DNA of 64,000 nucleotides. It comes from an uncultured bacterium (GTDB taxonomy: Bacteria; Krumholzibacteriota; Krumholzibacteriia; LZORAL124-64-63). Positions within the stretch are counted from its first letter, which is position 1. Each line of letters starts with the position of its first letter. The stretch covers positions 64,001 through 128,000 of the forward strand of contig CAVSZB010000003.1 in assembly GCA_963732385.1 (NCBI GenBank), in the 5' to 3' direction. The position numbers and the translations under genes are program-made. Under the pieces are notes generated by a model. That model made no database searches. It had not been told where the DNA came from and saw only the letters and a program-made list of their open reading frames with translations. This document shows positions 10,452 through 20,020 of the stretch, in pieces.

Positions 10452-12239
10452 TCAGTCGAGTTCCCAGTTTTCTGCGAGGCGCAGGGGGGTGACGGTGAGA
10501 AATCGCCATGTGTCCCGTAACTCGCCGTGCAGCAACGAGTAAGCGGTCATCCCGACGGCCGGGACGAGCGCGGCCTTGCCGTCGCCCAGCCCCTTTTCGT
10601 CCGGATCGCCGTTCAGCAGCGACTCCAGCAGTTCCCTCTTCACCGGGAAGTGCGCCACCGTGACCTTCCGGTCGGCCGGGATCGCGGCCAGCTCCCTGGC
10701 CACGGCGATCGCCCGGGTCAGCCCGCCCACTTCGTCGATCAGCCCGTTCGCCTGCGCCTGGCGGCCGCTCCAGACCCGGCCGTGCGCCAGCTTTTCGGCG
10801 TCGGCGAAACTCAGGCCGCGGTGGCGCGCCACGTCGGCGAGCCAGGCGTTGAACTCGGCCCAGTGGTTGTCGGTGAACAGCTGCCACTCCCGGGGCGTGT
10901 AGTCGCGGGTGGCGGACTCCATGAGGGCGTTGGCGCCGAGCGTGTCGGCGGTTTCGGTCACGCCGAGTTTGTCGAGCAGCCCCTTGACGTTGAACTTGCC
11001 GCTGATCGAGCCGATCGAGCCGGTCGTGGTGGCGGCGTCGGCCACAAGCTTCGACGCTCGGTAGGCCATGTCGTAGCCGCCCGACGCGGCCACGTCCACC
11101 ATCGATACGACCACCGGCTTGACCTTCGCGGTGATCTCCACCTCGTGGCTGATCAGATCGCTCGCCAGCGACTCGCCGCCGGGGCTGTCCACCCGGAAGA
11201 CGATCGCGGCGACCTTCTTGTCGGCGCGTGCGCGGCGCAGCTCGCGGCAGACGGTCTCGTGCCCGATCATCGGGCCGAGCAGCGGGTCGACGCGGCTCTC
11301 CCGGCCACCGATCATGCCGTGCGCGTGGATGACGGCGATCGTCCGCTTCCCCTTCAGCCCGAGCTTCTGCGGCTTCACCTTCGCGTAGCGCTCCTGCGTG
11401 ACGATGCGCAGGCGCGTGTCTTTCGGCTGTTTCAGGCGCGCCTCGAGGTCGTCCCAGTAGCAGACGCCGTCGATCATGCCGGCTTCGGCGGCCTCTTCGG
11501 GCCGGAACAGCGCGCGCTCCATCCACCCGGCGATCGTGGCCGGTTCGATCTTCCGGTCGTCCGCCAGCGACGCGGCGAACAGCTCCGACCTTTCGCGCAG
11601 CATCCAGCGGCGGTTCTCGCGCGCTTCGGGCGAGGCGTCGGTGCGCTGGATCATCTCCGCGGCCGACTTGTAGTCCTTGATCTTGTGCAGGTTGTCGCGC
11701 ACGCCGAGCTTGTCGAGGGCGCCGCGGATATGCTGTGACATCGCCACAAAACCGGCGAACTGCAGGTAGCCCGTGGGCGGCATGAACAGCGAGTCGCAGG
11801 CGGCGGCGAGCGCGTAGACCGGACGGTCGAGAGTGTCGGCCCACCCGTACACCTGCTTGCCCGCGGCGCGCAACGCCAGCACCTGCTCGCGGATCTCCTG
11901 CAGCTTGGCGACGCCGGCGCCGCAGTTGCTCGACAGTTTGAGGATGACGCCGTCGATCCGCTTGTCGACCCGCGCCTTCTCCAGATCGGTGAGCACGCGC
12001 TGCAGCGTTGCCGCGTCGCCGCCCAGCACCGCGCCGGCCAGGCCGTCGCCAGGCAGGTCGTACTCCGGCAGGGCGCCGTACAGGTCGATGACGAGCCAGG
12101 AGTGGCCGTGGATCTTCCCCTGCCCGCCGCCTCCCGCCTTCACGAGCACCGCGCCAACTATCAGCCCGAGCGCGAGGACGACACCCAGGACCGTGGCCAG
12201 CAGTTGGGACAGGAAACCGGCGCGATCGTGATGATTCAT
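10452..12239 (-). CDS. sppA: Signal peptide peptidase SppA (S49, long form)
   Basis: N-terminal TM, 'DYKSAAE', 'RVDSPGG', 'AASGGY', 'TGSIG', 'GRVWSGRQA'. Start MNHHDR after a GGAGG RBS. Confidence 0.92.
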   Translation of the reverse strand: MNHHDRAGFLSQLLATVLGVVLALGLIVGAVLVKAGGGGQGKIHGHSWLVIDLYGALPEYDLPGDGLAGAVLGGDAATLQRVLTDLEKARVDKRIDGVILKLSSNCGAGVAKLQEIREQVLALRAAGKQVYGWADTLDRPVYALAAACDSLFMPPTGYLQFAGFVAMSQHIRGALDKLGVRDNLHKIKDYKSAAEMIQRTDASPEARENRRWMLRERSELFAASLADDRKIEPATIAGWMERALFRPEEAAEAGMIDGVCYWDDLEARLKQPKDTRLRIVTQERYAKVKPQKLGLKGKRTIAVIHAHGMIGGRESRVDPLLGPMIGHETVCRELRRARADKKVAAIVFRVDSPGGESLASDLISHEVEITAKVKPVVVSMVDVAASGGYDMAYRASKLVADAATTTGSIGSISGKFNVKGLLDKLGVTETADTLGANALMESATRDYTPREWQLFTDNHWAEFNAWLADVARHRGLSFADAEKLAHGRVWSGRQAQANGLIDEVGGLTRAIAVARELAAIPADRKVTVAHFPVKRELLESLLNGDPDEKGLGDGKAALVPAVGMTAYSLLHGELRDTWRFLTVTPLRLAENWELD

Positions 12240-12375
12240 GGCCGAGACCTCCAGGGGAAGGCGTGGCGCCGGTCCGCGGCCGGGGCGGGGCGGCGGGGGC
12301 GTTCGGGCGCGATCATAACGTACATTCACTCTACGGGGTTGCCCCAGGATCGCCGGTTCGCTATTCTGGCGCTCC

Positions 12376-13083
12376 ATGAAGAGCATTATTGTCGGCGACA
12401 TTCACGGTTGCTATGCCGAACTCCTTGCCCTGCTCGACGCCGCCGGAATCGGACCGGACGATCGCGTCATCGCCATCGGCGACGTGTCCGACCGCGGTCC
12501 CGAGTCCCCCGAGGTGCTCGAGTTCTTCCTGACGCGCCCCGGCGCCGTCTCGATCATGGGCAACCACGAGTGGAAGCACGGGCGCGGCGTGAGCGGCCTG
12601 TCGCAGCGCATCACCCGCGCGCAGTGCGGCGAGGCACTCTACGCGCGCGCGCTCGCCTGGATGCGCGAGTGTCCGCTCTGGCTCGATCTGCCCGAGGTCC
12701 TGCTCATCCACTGGGGGCTGATGCCGGGCGTGCCGCTGGCCGACCAGCACCCGGCCGTCCTGATCGGCGAACCGGCCGGCGAGATGTCGCTGCGCGAGAT
12801 GCTCGGCAACGAGGGCTGGTACGACGTCTATGAGGGCCCCAAACCGGTCGTCTACGGACATCACTCGTGGGCCGCCGGCGCCCGGCGCGATCTAACCTAT
12901 GGCATCGACACCGGTTGCGTGTACGGAATCTCCCTGACCGGGCTCGTGCTGCCGGAATTCAAGCTGGTGAGCGTGCCGGCGCGCGAGAATCACTGGGAAA
13001 GGGTGCGGGGCGAATGGGAAAAGGCGCTCACGGAGGGGATGCTGCTGGCGGAACCGGCAGGAGAGAACGACGAAGAGACATGA
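12376..13083 (+). CDS. Calcineurin-like metallophosphoesterase (PrpA/ApaH-like)
   Basis: 'GDIHG', 'GDVSDRGP', 'GNHE', 'YGH', 'IDTGCVYG'. Confidence 0.9.
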   Translation: MKSIIVGDIHGCYAELLALLDAAGIGPDDRVIAIGDVSDRGPESPEVLEFFLTRPGAVSIMGNHEWKHGRGVSGLSQRITRAQCGEALYARALAWMRECPLWLDLPEVLLIHWGLMPGVPLADQHPAVLIGEPAGEMSLREMLGNEGWYDVYEGPKPVVYGHHSWAAGARRDLTYGIDTGCVYGISLTGLVLPEFKLVSVPARENHWERVRGEWEKALTEGMLLAEPAGENDEET

Positions 13084-13224
13084 GACGCCGCCGCGGCCGG
13101 CGCGCAACCCCTGTGCCGCCCGGATAGTGGCCGCGATCAACCCTTGCCGCCGGTTTGACTCCCTCCGTCCTGTCCGATATCTTCGCCTCCGGAGATTCAC
13201 CCAGCATTCCGGAGGGTTATTCTC

Positions 13225-13542
13225 ATGCCTCAGTTCGAGCATGGCGTCATCAAGGTCGAAATCGATGAGAACGGTTTTCTGACGGAGCCCGGCTGCTGGA
13301 CGGAGCAGGTGGCGACCGCGTTCGCGGACGTCGAGGGGATCGGCGCGCTCACCGCGGACCACTGGAAAATCATGAACTACCTGCGGACCTACCACGCCCA
13401 GTTCGGCGTGGCGCCGATGATCCGTAAATTGTGCAAGGAGACCGGCTTCTCGCTCGCGCAGATCTACGAGCTGTTCCCGGCCGGTCCCGCCAAGGGGGCC
13501 TGCAAGGTGGCCGGGCTCCCCAAGCCGACCGGCTGCGTCTGA
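13225..13542 (+). CDS. tusE: TusE/DsrC/DsvC family sulfur relay protein
   Basis: 'DENGFL', 'LTADHW', 'LFPAGPAKGACKVAGLPKPTGCV' with both C-terminal cysteines. Confidence 0.93.
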   Translation: MPQFEHGVIKVEIDENGFLTEPGCWTEQVATAFADVEGIGALTADHWKIMNYLRTYHAQFGVAPMIRKLCKETGFSLAQIYELFPAGPAKGACKVAGLPKPTGCV

Positions 13543-13648
13543 CGCCCCGAAAGGCGAGGCGCAGGCAGACACAGAAGCGCCGGGATCCTTGCGGACCACG
13601 GCGCCTCCTGGCAGCGACGGGTCGCCCTCCCGTCACCGTCCCTAAACG

Positions 13649-14446
13649 TTACTTGGCCACCAGGGCGCGCGCAAGGGCTGACCGCCCGGAAGCGTCGCGC
13701 AGGCGCAAGATATACAATCCGGCCGCCAGCGGTCGTCCGTCCGGACCAACCGCGTCCCACGGCACCGGACCCATGTCCGGCTCCGCCCACCCCTCCCAGA
13801 TGAGGCCGGCGCTGCGCCCGCGCAGATCGAACGCCTCCACGTGCGCGGGGCCGGATATGCTCACGGCAGCCGATACGAAGGTGCGCGGATTGAAGGGGTT
13901 GGGCGCCAGGCCGAGCGAAGGTCCCGCCGGGGCCGGGGGCGGATCAATCACCGGCGTGACTGCGGGGTCTTTCACGCGCACGGTCGTGGGGGGCAGGGTC
14001 ACGTCGGCGATGCGGATGGCGAGCGGGTCGAAGAGGCGCACCTCGACGGCGGTAATGGCCGCGAGGCCGCGAGCGTCGGCCCGGAAGTTCCAGCGGAGCA
14101 GTTCGCCCGGTCCGGTGACCCAACAGGTGGAGCCGATGGTAACGGCAAAACCGTGCCACGTATCGGGCGCCGTCAACTCGAACCCCTCCCAGACGAAACA
14201 GGGGGCGCTGCCGAAAAGCGCCCCCTTGCCGCCGCCGAGGCTGGTGAGGATGGCGGGATCGAAGCGCACCCACACCTCGACCGTGCGCACCTCGAGCGGC
14301 ACGTCCAGACAAATCGACAGGTGCGACGTGGCTTCGAGCGCGACGGTCGTTTCGGCGGGGGTGAAGTGCAGCGTGACGGCCGCCCCGGCCGTCGGGGCGA
14401 TGAGCACGAGCAGGGCGAACAGAACAACCGAGCTGGTCCCGCGCAT
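13649..14446 (-). CDS. Secreted cohesin-like plus FlgD-Ig domain protein
   Basis: Signal peptide; cohesin-like 'VEVWVRFDPAIL...GELLRWNF'; C-terminal 'APNPFNPRT...FDLRGR...WDAVGPDGRPLAAGLY'. Confidence 0.8.
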   Translation of the reverse strand: MRGTSSVVLFALLVLIAPTAGAAVTLHFTPAETTVALEATSHLSICLDVPLEVRTVEVWVRFDPAILTSLGGGKGALFGSAPCFVWEGFELTAPDTWHGFAVTIGSTCWVTGPGELLRWNFRADARGLAAITAVEVRLFDPLAIRIADVTLPPTTVRVKDPAVTPVIDPPPAPAGPSLGLAPNPFNPRTFVSAAVSISGPAHVEAFDLRGRSAGLIWEGWAEPDMGPVPWDAVGPDGRPLAAGLYILRLRDASGRSALARALVAK

Positions 14447-16578
14447 GATGTTCTCCACTCCGGAAATCCCCCGTATGCATGACGGGCGAAAGGACATTGC
14501 CGCGGTGGGGCAGGCCCCGGACGTCAGCGTCCGGGGCCCGGTTCCCGCGTCGCGCAAGGCGACTACTTCATGAGACTCATCTTCCTGGTCTGGACATCCT
14601 CTCCGGCCTCGATCCGGCAGAAGTAGGTGCCCGAGGCGACCCGCCGTCCGGTGTCATTGCGACCGTCCCAGATCGCGTCGTGGTTGCCCGCCGCCATCAG
14701 GTCGTCGATCAGGGTGCGCACCAGGCGCCCGTCCACGCCGAACACCCGCAGCCGCACTGCCGTATCCACCGGCAGCGCAAAGCTGATCTTCGTCATGGGG
14801 TTGAAGGGATTGGGCACATTCTGCGCGAGCGCGAACACCCGCGGCAGCGAAGTCACATCCGGCTGCGTCACGGTCGTGCCGAGATCCTCATTGGCGACGC
14901 TGCGGGCGGTGATGGTGACGTTGGTCGGGCTGACGTCGGCCGGCAGCGTCACGCGGAGCAGCTCGCCCCGGCCCGCGAAGCCGGTGTTCGTGCCGAGCAG
15001 GGCCAGGCCGGCGTCGAGGCCGCCGGCGTTCTTCAGGAAGAACGGCGCATGCTGATCGGCGATCAGGGCGCCCGGCGCCACCTGGGCGACAACGCCGTCA
15101 GGCAGGTCGCCGCGGAGGCAAATGCCCTGCAACGCGGAGCAGGAATTGTCGAGCGTGAGCGCCCAGGTCGTATCGTCAACACGGGTCCAGGCGAGCACGG
15201 GGAGACCGCCGCCGGCAGGCACGGCCTTGCTGACGACGCCGAAGTTCATCGCGAAGATCATGAGGTCTTCGAAATTCACGACGCCGTCGGGGAGCGGAAT
15301 GCCGACGCGGCTGCGGTTGTGGGTGGGGCCGACGTCGCACTCGTCGTACGCACTCGTCAGCGGCGAGAGGCCGTAGGCGTATCCGAAAACGTTGATGTCC
15401 GCGACGTCGACCTTCCCGTTGTAGGCAAGGTCGCCCAGGGAGGCGCCGCACACATCTCCGAGCCAGTAGCAGGTGGCGCGGGCGTTGGCGGCCGCGGGGC
15501 TGTAGTTGAGCGCGATATCATAGACAAAGCCGCTGTAGTAGTAGATGTCACGATCCGCCGCGAGGGGCAGGCTGTGCGTCGCCGCGGACACGCTGCCGAT
15601 CCACCCTGAGGGCGGTGCCGTCGCCCGGGGTGGTCGTGTTCTCCGGATAACCCGGCTCGCCGGTGGCGTAGGTCGGGTAGCCGGTCCAGCGGCGGAAGCA
15701 GATCTGCGTGCCGTAGTAGTCGGTGGGAAGGGCGCTGTAGCCATCGGTCCAGGTCAGGTTGACCTTCTGATGCCCGGGCGTGGCGGCCAGATCTGCCAGG
15801 GCGGCGGGCGAAGTGTTGTCGGCAATAATGCCGTCGCTGTCGGAGGCACTGTTGCCCAGGGGGTCGATTGCCGTCACGGTGACGTCGATAAGGCCGTCCG
15901 TGGGCAGGCAGGTGGCTGAGGGTACGTCCCAGGTGGCCACGCCCAGCGTCGTAGCCGTCCGGCGCCACGCTGGCGCCGCCACCCAGGACAGTCAGGTCGG
16001 CCCGGATGTTCGCAATGCCAAAGGTCAAGTCGTCGTCGCCGACGGTGGCGGTGACGACGGCGTGGTCGGTGTTCTTGATGTAGTCGTCCGTGTGGGACAG
16101 TGTCGCGTTCGCGATGAACGTGTTCGTGACCGTCGGCGCGGTGCCGTCGACCACGACCAGTCCGTCATCCTCGGACAGGCCCAGGAGATCGGCGTTGAGG
16201 TTGTCACGCATCGCCAGCAGCGTGATGTCGATCGGCGTGGTGCCGTACCCGTCCGCCACGCGGGTGAAAGTCAGCTTGAACAGGTCGCCCAGCAGGATGC
16301 CGGTCTCGGTGCCCTGCAGCGCGGCGTCGACCCGGAAGCCCACGAGCGCGCCGCTGGTGATGGGGGTCGGGATGAAGTACGTCGGGTTATTGAACAGGCC
16401 GGCATCCGGCCTGGCGATCGTGGCGCTGGCCACGGCCGGATCCCACAACACCTCGATGGAGAATCCGAACAGGGGGGCCGAGGCGCCGCCCAGATACTTC
16501 ACCACGACTTCGCCCGTCGGACTGGCGATGTTGAGGTTCCGGGGATCGGGGACGCAGGCCACGTTGTTGCCGGCCAGC
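14433..16578. repeat. ~2.1-kb direct duplication, copy 1
   Basis: Near-identical to 17882-20020, including the intergenic hairpin and the first codons of the downstream gene. Confidence 0.95.
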
Positions 16579-17771
16579 AAGGCGTCCACCAGCGCACTCG
16601 TGTTCTCGGCGCCGACCTCGGGGTAATGGTATCCGCTGTCAGAAACCCAGGCACCCGTGTCGTCCTGGGTGGAGATGGACCAGGCCGCCGCTGAGCGCAG
16701 GGCGGTCAAGGTCGTCGTCGCGACCGGCAGGTTCTCGTACAACGCCATCATCGCGTAGGCAGTCGACTGCCAGTGGCGATCATTGACCAGGTCCGTGGCG
16801 CCGTACTGTTCGCTGAAGGCACCGTCGGCGTACTGGCAGGCCAGCAGCAGCGTCTGCAACGCGGGCAGCTCGGCGGTATGGGTGCCGGAGACCGCGAAGG
16901 CGTCGATGATGCCGGCCAAGCCGAGGGTGTAGCACCAGTAGATCGCGGTTTCCCCGGTCGGGTCGCTGCCCATGTTGGCTCCGTCGGGATCGAAGTAGCC
17001 GGGGTTGCCGGCGAAGCTGTCCTGGTAGATGACCTCGGCCATGGCCGCGGCCTCGGCGGCGTGGCCCGCTCCCGGGAAGGTCTCTTCCATCAGCATGGCC
17101 GCTTCGACCCAGAACGCGATGTCCCAGGGGATGATGCCGTTGCTGTAGCCCTGGGCGTAACGGATGTCGCGGATGTACGCGGCGAGTGCCGCCATCGTCA
17201 CGTAGACGCTGATGTCGCGGTCCCAGATCGCCTGCGCGCCTGCCCTGTAGTAGGCCGGGTCGGGGCAGTCCGGCAGGTTCGCGAAGCGCAGCAGGAAAAT
17301 CACATCCGGGCCCGAGCGGATCACTGCAGGCCCGACGCTTACGATGTGGTCGGCGGCGTCTTTCAGGGCGATGAACCGGGCCGGCTGGGGATCGAGGTTG
17401 TAGGCCCCCAGGATCCCCAGGGCGGTCACGCCATACAAATTCGTGGAACTCGACGACGAGCTGTGCACAAAGAGTGTTGTCACCCAGTCCCACCCGCCGT
17501 CATCGGGGTCCGCGTCGGAGGACCCGTTGCCGGCATTGTCCTCCGTGATGTCGGCCTGCATCTTCACGAGGTAATCTGCCCCGGCGAGCAGCGAAGCGAA
17601 ATAGTCCGTCGGGTCGCCAAAGCTCTTCTCCGCTGCCGGAGGCACTCCGACGCGAACCTTGCTTGGCGGGCCATCGAACGGCGAGGCGACGGGACCCATT
17701 GCCAACACAGGCGCGGCCAGGCCGAGCATGGCCGCAAGAGTGAAGACCGCGATGATTCGTCTCATGTTCAT
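14563..17771 (-). CDS. Large secreted protein A: alpha/alpha-toroid (prenyltransferase-like repeats) + cohesin-like + Ig/Fn3-like + dockerin-like + FlgD-Ig; two apparent +1 frameshifts
   Basis: Joins ORFs 15357..17771, 15548..15982 and 14563..15744. Removing extra bases near 15950 and 15598 gives 3207 nt (1068 aa). QxxDG-aromatic repeats, dockerin-like 'NGKVDVADI' and 'DGVVNFEDL', 'NVPNPFNP'. Confidence 0.8.
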
Positions 17772-17881
17772 TCCCCCTGATTCAGGCTGTTATGGCTGGT
17801 CTCGCTCGCATGGTGTTTCGTGGTTGAGCCGGCGCGGAAGCGGCTTGTCCCTCCCTTCGCTCTGACGCGTGGCGGTCAGTA

Positions 17882-20020
17882 CTGGTCCCGCGCATGATGT
17901 TCTCCACTCCGGAAATCCCCCGTATGCATGACGGGCGAAAGGACCTTGCCGCGGCAGGGCAGGCCCCGGACGCCAGCGTCCGGGGCCTGGCTCCCGCGTC
18001 GCGCGAGGCGACTACTTCATGAGACTCATCTTCCTGGCCTGGACATCCTCTCCGGCCTCGATCCGGCAGAAGTAGGTGCCCGAGGCGACCCGTCGTCCGG
18101 TGTCATTGCGACCGTCCCAGATCGCGTCGTGGTTGCCCGCCGCCATCTGGTCGTCGATCAAAGTGCGCACCAGGCGCCCGTCCACGCCGAACACCCGCAG
18201 CCGCACTGCCGTATCCGCCGGCAGCGCAAAGCTGATCTTCGTCATGGGGTTGAAGGGATTGGGCACATTCTGCGCGAGCGCGAACACCCGCGGCAGCGAA
18301 GTAACATCCGGCTGCGTCACGGTCGTGCCGAGATCCTCATTGGCGACGCTGCGGGCGGTGATGGTGACGTTGGTCGGGCTGACGTCGGCCGGCAGCGTCA
18401 CGCGGAGCAGCTCGCCCCGGCCCGCGAAGCCGGTGTTCGTGCCGAGCAGGGCCAGGCCGGCGTCGAGGCCGCCGGCGTTCTTCAGGAAGAACGGCGCATG
18501 CTGATCGGCGATCAGGGCGCCCGGCGCCACCTGGGCGACAACGCCGTCAGGCAGGTCGCCGCGGAGGCAAATGCCCTGCAACGCGGAGCAGGAATTGTCG
18601 AGCGTGAGCGCCCAGGTCGTATCGTCAACACGGGTCCAGGCGAGCACGGGGAGACCGCCGCCGGCAGGCACGGCCTTGCTGACGACGCCGAAGTTCATCG
18701 CGAAGATCATGAGGTCTTCGAAATTCACGACGCCGTCGGGGAGCGGAATGCCGACGCGGCTGCGGTTGTGGGTGGGGCCGACGTCGCACTCGTCGTACGC
18801 ACTCGTCAGCGGCGAGAGGCCGTAGGCGTATCCGAAAACGTTGATGTCCGCGACGTCGACCTTCCCGTTGTAGGCAAGGTCGCCCAGGGAGGCGCCGCAC
18901 ACATCTCCGAGCCAGTAGCAGGTGGCGCGGGCGTTGGCGGCCGCGGGGCTGTAGTTGAGCGCGATATCATAGACGAAGCCGCTGTAGTAGTAGATGTCAC
19001 GATCCGCCGCGAGGGGCAGGCTGTGCGTCGCCGCGGACACGCTGCCATCCACCCTGAGGGCGGTGCCGTCGCCCGCGGTCGGGATGTTAGGATACTCCGG
19101 CTCGAGGTCGGCATAGACCGGGTAGCCGGTCCAGCGTTTGAAGCGGATCAGCGCGCCATAGTAGTCGGTGGGAACAGCGCTGTAGCCATCGGTCCAGGTC
19201 AGGTTGACCTTCTGGTGCCCGGGCGTCGCGGCCAGATCGGCCAGGGCGGCGGGCGGCGTGTTGTCAGCAATAATGCCGTCGCTGTGCGAGGCACTGTTGC
19301 CCAGGGGGTCGATTGCCGTCACGGTGACGTCGATAAGGCCGTCCGTGGGCAGGCAGGTGGCCGAGGGCACGTCCCAGGTGGCCACGCCCAGCGTGTAGCC
19401 GTTCGGCGCCACGCTGTCGCCGCCCCCCAGGACAGTCAGGTCGGCCCGGATGTTCGGCAACGCCAAAGGTCGGGTCGTCGTCGCCGACGGTGGCGGTGAC
19501 GACGGCGTGGTCGGTGTTCTTGATGTAGTCGTCCGTGTGGGACAGTGTCGCGTTCGCGATGAACGTGTTCGTGACCGTCGGCGCGGTGCCGTCGACCACG
19601 ACCAGTCCGTCATCCTCGGACAGGCCCAGGAGATCGGCGTTGAGGTTGTCGCGCATCGCCAGCAGCGTGATGTCGATCGGCGTGGTGCCGTACCCGGCCG
19701 CCACGCGGGTGAAAGTCAGCTTGAACAGGTCGCCCAGCAGGATGCCGGTCTCGGTGCCCTGCAGCGCGGCGTCGACCCGGAAGCCCACGAGCGCGCCGCT
19801 GGTGATGGGGGTCGGGATGAAGTACGTCGGGTTATTGAACAGGCCGGCATCCGGCCTGGCGATCGTGGCGCTGGCCACGGCCGGATCCCACAACACCTCG
19901 ATGGAGAATCCGAACAGGGGGGCCGAGGCGCCGCCCAGATACTTCACCACGACTTCGCCCGTCGGACTGGCGATGTTGAGGTTCCGGGGATCGGGGACGC
20001 AGGCCACGTTGCCGGCCAGC
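17882..20020. repeat. ~2.1-kb direct duplication, copy 2
   Basis: Near-identical to 14433-16578, offset about 3.45 kb. Confidence 0.95.

Noticed and set aside
14433..20020. Diversity-generating retroelement (TR/VR pair)
   Set aside because: The repeat is 2.1 kb, both copies are coding, differences are not adenine-specific, and no reverse transcriptase is present.
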